30,759 nt of DNA from an uncultured bacterium (GTDB taxonomy: Bacteria; Lernaellota; Lernaellaia; Lernaellales; Lernaellaceae): positions 1 to 30,759 of the forward strand of contig CAZHPN010000063.1 in assembly GCA_964534375.1 (NCBI GenBank), written 5' to 3'. Below are positions 17,337 to 25,746 of the stretch, in pieces; the stretch's first letter is position 1, and every line of letters begins with the position of its first letter. Both the position numbers and the translations under genes were made by a program. The notes beneath the pieces were generated by a model, which saw nothing but the letters and a program-made list of their open reading frames with translations, was not told the DNA's origin and ran no database searches.

Positions 17337-19091
17337 ATGGCAACGACGTCGGCAAGGACTGCAACTCTGGATTTCCACGCGAGCGATAGCAATTCCCTCG
17401 GCGCGAGCGCCGGGCGGACGTTTCTTGTGTTGTTCGACGCGGTAGCGTTGAACATCTTGTTCTATTTCGCCCTGAAGAATTTGCTGTTTGCCCAACTGGG
17501 CGAGGGCTCGTTGGCGCTCGCCGCCGCGCTCGGCGCGTTGTTCGCCGGTCTATTCGCGGCCGTAGGGCGCGCCCGTCTTTGGGGCGAGCGCCAGCCCATT
17601 TCGCACACCGTCGTGCAACTGTTCGTCGTCGCCGCGGTCGCGCTCGCGCTGGTTCCGCTGACGCGAATTACGCCGAAGGCGACAGAGGTCGATTTCAGTT
17701 GGCTCCGCGTCGAGATCATCAAGACGCCGCTCTGGTTGCTGATGCATGTACGCCATGCCCCTGTTTTTGCTGGTTCCTGTCTGGCGCTGTTCGCGGCCAT
17801 GGCGTTCGCGTCGTTGCGTGATCCGGGAAACCGCGCCACGCGATTCGCCGCCGCGATCGCGGCGCCGTTGGTGCTATTGCGGGTCACGGACATGTTCGTC
17901 GATTTCGGCGGTTGGGGCTACAAGATGTACGTGATTTGTTTTGCAGTTCCGCCCGCCGTGTTTTTCTTGCTGTACACTCTGCGATTCTATCGCTTGGCCT
18001 TCCGCCTGGCGCCGATTGTCTTTCACCTGACGCTGATTTTCCTTTGCTACATTGGAGATTTGCCGGGCCATCCGCCGTTTGTCGGCGGAAACGCCGCGGC
18101 GCGGATTCCTGGCGCAACCGTCATCTTCCCGCCCGGCCGAAGCAACCCGAATGTGTTTTCGTTCGCGCGGAATCTCCTTGTGACTCCCGCGGCTATCTAC
18201 GCGACATTCGGCCCGTTGGGCGTCTCGCAAATCATCCGGATCGACCGGCGGACCGGCCTTTCTCGTGAAGTGCGTTTCGACGGATTGATCCGCGATACTG
18301 TCCTGGCGCCGGACGGGAAATATCTCTGGGTTCTTAACTGGGAAAAGTCGACGTGGCAAGTCGTCGACGCACATTCATTAAAGCCGCATTGCAGCATCGG
18401 CCTGCGAGCGGACGGACTGCTGACGCCCTGGAATATGGCTGTCAACGGAACAACGGTCTATTTATCCAATGTGACGTATCCGCTCGTCGCTGAATACGAC
18501 GCCGGCATTCTTGACGAACAGTGCCGCGTTGTTCCCGAACGAACCATGAATCTTTTCGCGAGCGGTTACACCCGGTTCACGGACGGCGTCTACGGCATTT
18601 ATTTCGACCCTCTCGGGCAGAAGCTGTACGCGACGACGGCCATGCTGGAAGGACGCTACTTGACGGGGTTCATCGAAATCGATCCGCTGACATTCCAAAT
18701 CACGCGCGAAGTGCGGGCGCCCGGCGGCATGACCATTGAACCTGTGGAAGGAACGAACAATATTCTCTTTCCGAGTTATTATCGTGACAGCATTTTCGAG
18801 ATCTCGCTGACCAAAATGGAAATCGTGCGCTCGATCAAGGCGGCGGCAAATATCTTGTCGCTGAAATTCGATCGCGCTCGCGGCTTGATTTACGCGGCGT
18901 CCAAGGTCGCCGGCGAACTGCTCGTCATCGATTACGCCACTGGAAAAACGTTGGCCCGGGCGCCGATCGGCGCGCGACCCGGCGCCCTGGCTTACGAAAA
19001 GGAAAACGATTTGTTGTTTGTGGCGAGCAAGCTCGGGATCATCCAGATCGAGGTGCCGACATTCTTGACGGCGCTGAGCATCGTTCGCTGA
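17337..19091 (+). CDS. Membrane protein with C-terminal YncE-like beta-propeller domain (paralog of 23617..25545)
   Basis: 584 aa with about 7 TM helices, then blades (APDGKYLWVLNW, FDPLGQKLY, FDRARGLIY, APIGARP). It shares long motifs with 23617..25545. Confidence 0.75.
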   Translation: MATTSARTATLDFHASDSNSLGASAGRTFLVLFDAVALNILFYFALKNLLFAQLGEGSLALAAALGALFAGLFAAVGRARLWGERQPISHTVVQLFVVAAVALALVPLTRITPKATEVDFSWLRVEIIKTPLWLLMHVRHAPVFAGSCLALFAAMAFASLRDPGNRATRFAAAIAAPLVLLRVTDMFVDFGGWGYKMYVICFAVPPAVFFLLYTLRFYRLAFRLAPIVFHLTLIFLCYIGDLPGHPPFVGGNAAARIPGATVIFPPGRSNPNVFSFARNLLVTPAAIYATFGPLGVSQIIRIDRRTGLSREVRFDGLIRDTVLAPDGKYLWVLNWEKSTWQVVDAHSLKPHCSIGLRADGLLTPWNMAVNGTTVYLSNVTYPLVAEYDAGILDEQCRVVPERTMNLFASGYTRFTDGVYGIYFDPLGQKLYATTAMLEGRYLTGFIEIDPLTFQITREVRAPGGMTIEPVEGTNNILFPSYYRDSIFEISLTKMEIVRSIKAAANILSLKFDRARGLIYAASKVAGELLVIDYATGKTLARAPIGARPGALAYEKENDLLFVASKLGIIQIEVPTFLTALSIVR

Positions 19092-19226
19092 TCCCGTGGC
19101 GCTGGCGCCGTTCGCCGGATTCGTGTTTCCGCCGGCGGAAGTCGCTCGGGATGGGTCGGCGGGGCCGCCTGGCGACGGCGAACGTGGCCGGCGGCCGCGT
19201 CCTGCTGGCTCGCGGCGGGATCGCGC

Positions 19227-19255
19227 TTGCAAAGGCCAGGCAGAGCAAATAGTTT
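19227..19255 (+). promoter_or_regulatory. Sigma70-like promoter for the cytochrome gene
   Basis: TTGCAA (19227-19232), 17 nt spacer, TAGTTT (19250-19255), ending 24 nt before ATG 19280. Confidence 0.4.
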
Positions 19256-19279
19256 GAAGCGGGAGTCGGCGGGAAAACG

Positions 19280-21355
19280 ATGAGAGCGGATGCAGTCACA
19301 ACGCCGTCAGCCTGCGGGAACGCCGTCTTTCTGACGGCGGGCGTCTTTTCGACAATGTCCGGGCTGTGGGCGTTGCTTTCGCAGTCGTGGTCGCTCCCGT
19401 ACGAAATCAATCTTTTTGTCCACCCGGCGGTTTCAATTGCGTGGGGGGCGGTCACGTTCATCGCGGCGATCCGGAGGCGGGGTCGCCGCAGCGGCGCCGT
19501 GTCCGGCAAGCAATTCGCGAAGATCGCAGCGCTGCTTCTGGCCTGTGCCGCGCCCGCTCTTTTTTGTTTCCAATCGACGGCCGCGCTTGTTGTGGGAACC
19601 GTTTTCGCAGCGGGCTTCGGTCCGCTTGCCTGGCCGTCGAACGCGGCGAAATTCGCCAATCGGGCGTTGCGATTCCTCGCCGCGAGGCTTTTCTTTCTCG
19701 CCCTTTACTCGGGGATCGAGATATTCATTATGGGGATGGGGCGGGGCGCGCGCGCCGCTTTCTGGCTGCATCGGGCGACGTCGCTGGCATTTCTCGCGAC
19801 TGCGGCGGCGGCGGTCGCCGCGGAACTGGCCGATGGACGAACCGCCGAGACCGCACGGAAGATAACCCGGCGCGCACGAGTTCCGGCGTTCGTCGCCGCA
19901 TTGTTTGCTTTCGTCATCGTGGTTGACGCCAATCTGGGCAACCCGTCATACGATCTTCACCTTTCGACGCTCCCGATGGCGGCGCGCGAACCGGGCGAGC
20001 GCATCATGCCTATTGCGATGGCGCGACCGGAACTTCTCGATCTAACCGAGTCCTGCGGAAAGCCGAAAGCCTGCCACCCCGCGGCGCTCGAAGATCATCT
20101 CAAGTCAGTGCACAACCGTTCCGTGATGACGCCATATTTCCAGAAGAATCTCGGGCTGATGGTGACGGAAATCGGCGTCGAGAACGCGAATCTCTGCGCC
20201 GGTTGCCATCATCCGCAATCGCTATTCGACTCCCGCCTCAACTACGAAGATTTTGCCCGGCGCAATAATTTTTCATGCGTGCATTGCCATGTGATTTCCG
20301 GCGTCGGGTTCCCGGCGGACCAACGTCGGAGCATCGTGCGGATGACCCCGAACCTGCGCCATTTGGCGTTGCTGGCGCCGGATGCTACGGGCCAGACGCC
20401 GCCGTTTTCCCGATTCGCCGTATCGCTATACCCGGATGGCCACGGTCGCGCGCTGAACAACGATCTTCTTTCTTCCGATGACTTTTGCCAGGCTTGCCAC
20501 CGCCTGCAAATTAGGCCGACCAAGGAAACCGGATTCACGCGCAGTCGGTGCATCGATTGTCACATGCAGCCGCGCCGCACGCTGGGTCTGGAAGGCTCGG
20601 GCAGGAACCACCGTTTCCCCGGTTCCAACACAGCGGTTCCCTATGCGAATCACGATTCGGAGCAACTTGAATTCACGCGACGCTTCATTGAAGGCGACTT
20701 TCCGCTTCACCTTGACGCCTGGGGCCAGGTAAGCGCGTTGGGCGGCGACACGGCGATTCGCCGCTGGCTCGAGATGCATTATGAACCCCGCACCGCGCCG
20801 GCCGCCGGCGAGCGGTTCCAATTCGTGATTTGGACGGCGAACGTCGGGGTCGATCATGCGTTTCCGGCGGCGCCGTTGGATCTGGTCGAGGCGTGGCTCG
20901 AGGTCTTATTAACCGATTCCGCGGGGCGCGTCGTTTTCGCGTCAGGCCAACCTGGCGCCGACCATGTGATTCCGCCAGACGCACGCCGCATGGGCGGTTA
21001 TATGATCGGCGAAGATGGCCAGATCGTGCGACAAAATCGGGTCTGGCAAATCGCGAAGAAAATCATCCAGCGGCAGGTCGACTTCGGACAACACACGGCC
21101 GACCACTTCGAAGTGTCGCTGCCCGCCGACGTCACGGGGCCGCTGACACTCCTCGCCACATGGAATTACCGGAAACTCAATCAGGAATTCGTGCATTGGG
21201 CGTTCGGCCCTGGAGAGACTATCCCCATTGTTCGCGTCGCGGCGCTGCAATGGAAAATTCCACTCTCGAAGCCGCTTGTCGCGTTGCCGGCGCTCGGCGA
21301 TGAATTGCCGCCCCAGACCTCAAGCGCGCGCGAGGTGTCCGCCGCCCACCCCTGA
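19280..21355 (+). CDS. Membrane-anchored multiheme cytochrome c (cytochrome c554-like domain)
   Basis: 691 aa with about 6-7 N-terminal TM helices. Four CXXCH motifs (CAGCH, CVHCH, CQACH, CIDCH) plus one CX5CH (CGKPKACH). Also NHRFPGSN and a C-terminal NVGVDHAFP...WLEV..TD..GRVVF.SG domain. Confidence 0.85.
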   Translation: MRADAVTTPSACGNAVFLTAGVFSTMSGLWALLSQSWSLPYEINLFVHPAVSIAWGAVTFIAAIRRRGRRSGAVSGKQFAKIAALLLACAAPALFCFQSTAALVVGTVFAAGFGPLAWPSNAAKFANRALRFLAARLFFLALYSGIEIFIMGMGRGARAAFWLHRATSLAFLATAAAAVAAELADGRTAETARKITRRARVPAFVAALFAFVIVVDANLGNPSYDLHLSTLPMAAREPGERIMPIAMARPELLDLTESCGKPKACHPAALEDHLKSVHNRSVMTPYFQKNLGLMVTEIGVENANLCAGCHHPQSLFDSRLNYEDFARRNNFSCVHCHVISGVGFPADQRRSIVRMTPNLRHLALLAPDATGQTPPFSRFAVSLYPDGHGRALNNDLLSSDDFCQACHRLQIRPTKETGFTRSRCIDCHMQPRRTLGLEGSGRNHRFPGSNTAVPYANHDSEQLEFTRRFIEGDFPLHLDAWGQVSALGGDTAIRRWLEMHYEPRTAPAAGERFQFVIWTANVGVDHAFPAAPLDLVEAWLEVLLTDSAGRVVFASGQPGADHVIPPDARRMGGYMIGEDGQIVRQNRVWQIAKKIIQRQVDFGQHTADHFEVSLPADVTGPLTLLATWNYRKLNQEFVHWAFGPGETIPIVRVAALQWKIPLSKPLVALPALGDELPPQTSSAREVSAAHP

Positions 21356-23395
21356 AGACCAAATGAGCAAGAGTGCGCACAGGCAGGCGACAATCACGCC
21401 GCCGGTGAAACCCACAAAAAATGTCGTTGTCAGGTCGAGCGCAAATCCGGCCGTGACTCCGCCGAACAACGCCGGAAGGGAACCATGACGACCGGCGTCA
21501 AGAGATATTCCCCAGCAAGCCCCACCGAGCAGACCCGCCAGCAACACAGGAACAAGCGCACCGGGCCCGGTCAGGTCGGCCGTGCTCGCCGCCAGACTCA
21601 ATGCCGCACCGATGGTCAACGCGATTTTGCCGGGCCGCCGCCGCCAGAGCCGCGCCGGCGCTTGCATCCCCGCGGCGACCGCACCGCAAAAGGCCAGAGC
21701 CATGACCGGCCACGCGTATCCGTAACCGACCATTTGGCGCGCTTGGTGCGCGGCGGCATCGATAAACCAACAGACGGCCGCTACGCCCGCCAGCCAAGGC
21801 TGCGCGGTCGGCTGCGAGGGAAACAGGAAGGTCGGCCGAAAACGCAATACGGCAAGGCCCGCGAGCAAGCAAAGAAACATGAACGCGAGACCTAGCAGTT
21901 GCGGCTCGACGACCTCTGGTCGCAGGAACGGTCGATCCCACGAAATCGGGCGGTATTCCACCGTCGCGTCGGTGATGTCGTTGAAGTAGCTGGCCCGAGC
22001 CGCGTGATCTCGCACTCTCGCGATCAAATTCGGGTCGCGCGAAGCGACGACGTACGTCAACGGCGTGCCGGTGAACGGCGGATCGGCAAGTACGTACCAG
22101 AACGCGGCGGAATAGATGCCTTTCGGAAGAACGCCGCGTATGAAATTCTGCTCCTGCAATGTGCGACCGCCCCAGTCGAGCACCAACGCGCCACGCGGAT
22201 CCAGCACGTCGGCGAACAGGCGCTCCAACACCTTGCTCGTAAAGAGATTTTGCTCCTGGTAAGGAAAGGCGAAGGGGATCTGATATTGCGAGAGTCCGAT
22301 TCCGTTGAAGAACACCACATCATACTTTTGTCGCTGGGCCAATACGAATCGGGAAAGATCGCCGGCGAAATACCGGATCCGCCCTCGGTCCTGCGGCGGA
22401 ACGGTCAGCGGGTCGAATCTTTTTTCGACCGCGGCGGCTTGCTTCGGATCGAACTCCGCGGTCTGAATGAGTTCCGCATTCGGATTGGCAGCCAACAGAA
22501 GGTTCGGATACATTCCAAGCGTCCGCCCAACCACCAATGCGCGATATGAAGCAAGCCCGCCGACCAGCGCCCGAAAGAAATAACTCAAGCCGCGAGGCAA
22601 GCGATTGCGGTCAAGGCAATTGTACGTGATCGCGTGAAAGCTGTTGGCCAGAGCTACACAATTTCCGCCAGCGTAGGTATAGAAGTGACTGCGCGTGTAA
22701 GGCGAGTCAACGGTCTGTTCCAGTCGCGCATCTTGCAAACTGCCGAGATAAACGAGATCTGGTTGGCGCAAATGCAGCCCAAACGACGCGGCGACCAGCG
22801 CCAGCGAGACGACGACGCCGGTCCCGGAGCGAGGTATGATCGCGGCGAACAAAGTCAACGAGACAAAAAGGGCGGCGATCCAACTGGACGCGACGGCAGC
22901 GTTGGCAGCGGCAAGTCCGATCCCGAAGCCAAGAACGCCCCGGGCGACTTCTTCACGTCGATTTGGCGACTCCGTTAGATAGGAATACAGCCGGCCTCCC
23001 ATCAACCCAAAGATCGAGGCGAACGCCAACGGCGCCGTGTACATCATAAAAACGCGCAGATCGGGATGATCCGGGCGCGGAAACGGATAGTAGGCGGAAG
23101 ACAGGAGGAAGAAAAAAAGCACATTGCTGTTCATGCCCAGCGTGATCCCGACGTACCCTAACGCGATCGTCCACGGGAGCGAGCGTTCGCGCCAGGAGCC
23201 GCCGTAGCGTCGCTCGACTAGAATGCCGAGAAAGAACACGGCCAGCACGGCGAAAACGTAATGGAGAAAAACGATTCCGTGCGGAATGTGACGGTAGTTG
23301 ACCAGTACGCCCCAAAGCGCAAAACCGCAAATCGCCGGGCAATAGAAGCTTGGCGTTAGAACGCTTGCAAAGCGCGTCCCAACCCATCTACGCAT
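21320..23395 (-). CDS. Membrane-bound spermidine-synthase-like / class I SAM-dependent methyltransferase-fold protein
   Basis: Start moved to ATG 23395 because GGGGAGGG lies 5 nt upstream (691 aa). Architecture is TM bundle, soluble domain, TM bundle. The soluble domain has DSPYTR, RALVVG, AEFDP, GDLSRFV, KYDVVF, NLFT and LDPRG. Confidence 0.7.
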   Translation of the reverse strand: MRRWVGTRFASVLTPSFYCPAICGFALWGVLVNYRHIPHGIVFLHYVFAVLAVFFLGILVERRYGGSWRERSLPWTIALGYVGITLGMNSNVLFFFLLSSAYYPFPRPDHPDLRVFMMYTAPLAFASIFGLMGGRLYSYLTESPNRREEVARGVLGFGIGLAAANAAVASSWIAALFVSLTLFAAIIPRSGTGVVVSLALVAASFGLHLRQPDLVYLGSLQDARLEQTVDSPYTRSHFYTYAGGNCVALANSFHAITYNCLDRNRLPRGLSYFFRALVGGLASYRALVVGRTLGMYPNLLLAANPNAELIQTAEFDPKQAAAVEKRFDPLTVPPQDRGRIRYFAGDLSRFVLAQRQKYDVVFFNGIGLSQYQIPFAFPYQEQNLFTSKVLERLFADVLDPRGALVLDWGGRTLQEQNFIRGVLPKGIYSAAFWYVLADPPFTGTPLTYVVASRDPNLIARVRDHAARASYFNDITDATVEYRPISWDRPFLRPEVVEPQLLGLAFMFLCLLAGLAVLRFRPTFLFPSQPTAQPWLAGVAAVCWFIDAAAHQARQMVGYGYAWPVMALAFCGAVAAGMQAPARLWRRRPGKIALTIGAALSLAASTADLTGPGALVPVLLAGLLGGACWGISLDAGRHGSLPALFGGVTAGFALDLTTTFFVGFTGGVIVACLCALLLIWSSGVGGGHLARA

Positions 23396-23616
23396 GGTCG
23401 CCCTCCCCAGCAATATCTCCTTGCCAGCCTGCCGCGCCAAAAAAAAACAACCGTGAACCGCTTCGTCGGCAGCCCCAACGCCACGGCGCTAAGCACGGAC
23501 GGCGATAGTAATCGAGCCGCCCGTTGCAAACAAGCAGCGATGCCCCCTTCCTGCTCGCACATTATTACACGTTGCACTATTTCATCGCCGACGTTTGTTC
23601 GAAGAGGATTCGTGAG

Positions 23617-25545
23617 CTAGTTTGGGCCGGGCGCGGCCGGCGGCGAATCGACTACGGCCGGTGGTCTTTCGCCCAAGAAAACCGGCAAGTCGATTTCCAG
23701 TATGCCGACACCGCTCGCCACGTAGACCCGGTCGTTCTCGCGATCCAACCACAGCGGTTCGGGTTTGGCGCCGACGTAGACCTCCTTAATAATTCGGCCG
23801 CTGGCGTCGTCGATCACTTGCATCGTACCCGGCGCCCGGCACAGGCCGTAGAAGAGTCCGCGTCGTTCGTCCTGCACCAACGACACCAAGTTGGGGCCGG
23901 CGGGGATGGTCCGCAGTATTTTCATGGTGTCGAGCGAAACCTCATGCATCTCGGCGTTGTAATAGCTGGGCGCCCAGAAGCTGCGGCGCCCGGCAATCCG
24001 AAAGATCGGGTTGCCCGCCGTAAGTTTGACGTCGCGGCTGACCGCGAACGTCGCGAGATCGATTTCCGCAATCGCGGACAGGTTGCGGTCCGCCACCAGG
24101 CCGACGCTGACGTAGAGGCGGTCGGTGTCGCGATCAAGGTACATCCCAAAAGCGCCGTCGGTGAACTTCGTGAATCCGGAGGCGTGCAGATCCAATGACC
24201 GCCGCAGCCGCAACGAACAGGGATCGGCCGGATTATCCCAGCCGAACTCGGCCACGATCGGAAGGGTGACGTTGGAGACGAACAAGCGGCTTCCGTCAAC
24301 AAGCATGTTGTACGGCGTGGTGAGGCCGTCGCCGAACATATCGCGCCGGCAACGGATTGCCAGCGGTTCGGCGCCGATTGCCAGAAAGTCGCCGTCAAGC
24401 CAGTTGAGACCCCACAACTCGTCGCGACCGGGGGCGAATTGAAGGTCGCGCATCAGTCCCGGAATTGGAATCTGCCGGGCTCCGCGCATTCGTCGGTCAA
24501 TGGCATACAGACCGCATGTGGGGCCGTAGTTCAGATACATCGTGCGCGGCGCGACCAGCAGCTTGCGCAGAAACAGAAACGACGGATCGACCTTCGTGCC
24601 GGGCGGCGGATAATAGACCGACACGCCCGGCGTGCGTGTCACCGCGATGTGCGGATCGACGGCCACGGGAAATACGTCATAGATCGACGCGACCGGCAGC
24701 GTGCCCATATAATGCAGGGCGATCAGCGTGATTTGGAACGCCAACGGCGTGAGCCGAAAGGCCAGTGAAAAGGAACGCCGCCAGAGTAGGAAAACGACGG
24801 CGATCGCCGGCCCGGCGAACATGATCAAATAAAACACCAGCGTCCCCTGCGGCCGGACGGGCGCTCCGACGCCGCCTACGGACCAGCCGATAAAGGGCGC
24901 AAACACCTGCGCGATTTTCCAAGTCAGCAACAGCGCGCCCATGGCGGGCAACAACGGCAACCACGGGCTGCGCGGCGTGCGATGCGCCGTCCACACCAAC
25001 GCCACGACCCCGGCGAAAAACAACGCCGTGTACCCCGGCGACAGCGGCGCCAGCAGCTTGGTCCAATAGGGCACCTTGATCACCTCGGGCCGCAGCCAGG
25101 AAAAATCCAAACCTTTCGCGGTCACGACCCGGTTCGATTCGACGGCCACGAAGGCGATGAAGCCCCCGACGCTGGCGATCTGAAAACTCACTTGCCGCCA
25201 GGAATTCCGCTCGCCCCACAGACCGACCAACTGGGCGCTGACGACGGCGCCCAGGAACAGCAACGCCCACAGTGCAATTTCCCATAGTGAGTAGAATTTC
25301 AGCGGATAAAGAACGATTGCTCTAATCAGTTCATATAAGATCAGATTGAACGCCAAAATATCAGCCAGGGCGAACAACAGATGCAGGGGCGGTTTGCCGT
25401 GCAGCCATTCGCCCCCGCGTTGGAGCATGCGCATCCACGGACGATCGAGCCGCGACCTTGCGGAATCTGGCGGGCTCGAGAGCGGCGCCGCGCCAGCGCT
25501 GCGGTGATTGTTGGAAATCGCGATAACAGAATCCCCCGCGGCCAT
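23617..25545 (-). CDS. Membrane protein with C-terminal YncE-like beta-propeller domain (paralog of 17337..19091)
   Basis: Up to 642 aa. GLWGER, DFSWLRPEVIKVPYW, DGLTTPYNM, SNVTLPIVAEF, ASGFTKFTDG, PSYY, VGAKPEPL. Confidence 0.75.
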   Translation of the reverse strand: MAAGDSVIAISNNHRSAGAAPLSSPPDSARSRLDRPWMRMLQRGGEWLHGKPPLHLLFALADILAFNLILYELIRAIVLYPLKFYSLWEIALWALLFLGAVVSAQLVGLWGERNSWRQVSFQIASVGGFIAFVAVESNRVVTAKGLDFSWLRPEVIKVPYWTKLLAPLSPGYTALFFAGVVALVWTAHRTPRSPWLPLLPAMGALLLTWKIAQVFAPFIGWSVGGVGAPVRPQGTLVFYLIMFAGPAIAVVFLLWRRSFSLAFRLTPLAFQITLIALHYMGTLPVASIYDVFPVAVDPHIAVTRTPGVSVYYPPPGTKVDPSFLFLRKLLVAPRTMYLNYGPTCGLYAIDRRMRGARQIPIPGLMRDLQFAPGRDELWGLNWLDGDFLAIGAEPLAIRCRRDMFGDGLTTPYNMLVDGSRLFVSNVTLPIVAEFGWDNPADPCSLRLRRSLDLHASGFTKFTDGAFGMYLDRDTDRLYVSVGLVADRNLSAIAEIDLATFAVSRDVKLTAGNPIFRIAGRRSFWAPSYYNAEMHEVSLDTMKILRTIPAGPNLVSLVQDERRGLFYGLCRAPGTMQVIDDASGRIIKEVYVGAKPEPLWLDRENDRVYVASGVGILEIDLPVFLGERPPAVVDSPPAAPGPN

Positions 25546-25623
25546 GCCGAAAAATCGCGGCCGTCGAAGCAGGGCCCTCCCGCCGGTCCCGGATCGCCCC
25601 GCCGATCACCGGCTCCGTCTTTC

Positions 25624-25651
25624 ATTATAGGCCACGATCGAGGGTGGTCAA
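25624..25651 (-). promoter_or_regulatory. Sigma70-like promoter driving the leftward propeller gene
   Basis: Minus strand TTGACC (25651-25646), 16 nt spacer, perfect TATAAT (25629-25624). Confidence 0.6.
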
Positions 25652-25652
25652 C

Positions 25653-25681
25653 TTGTTCGCCGCGCCAACCGCCGATATAAT
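25653..25681 (+). promoter_or_regulatory. Sigma70-like promoter driving the rightward B12 radical SAM gene
   Basis: TTGTTC (25653-25658), 17 nt spacer, perfect TATAAT (25676-25681). Confidence 0.6.
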
Positions 25682-25746
25682 CTGCTGCCGCGCACCTGGG
25701 ACCGCCCAGCAACGTTCGCCGGAGAGGTGCGCGGCGAAAGGAAACT

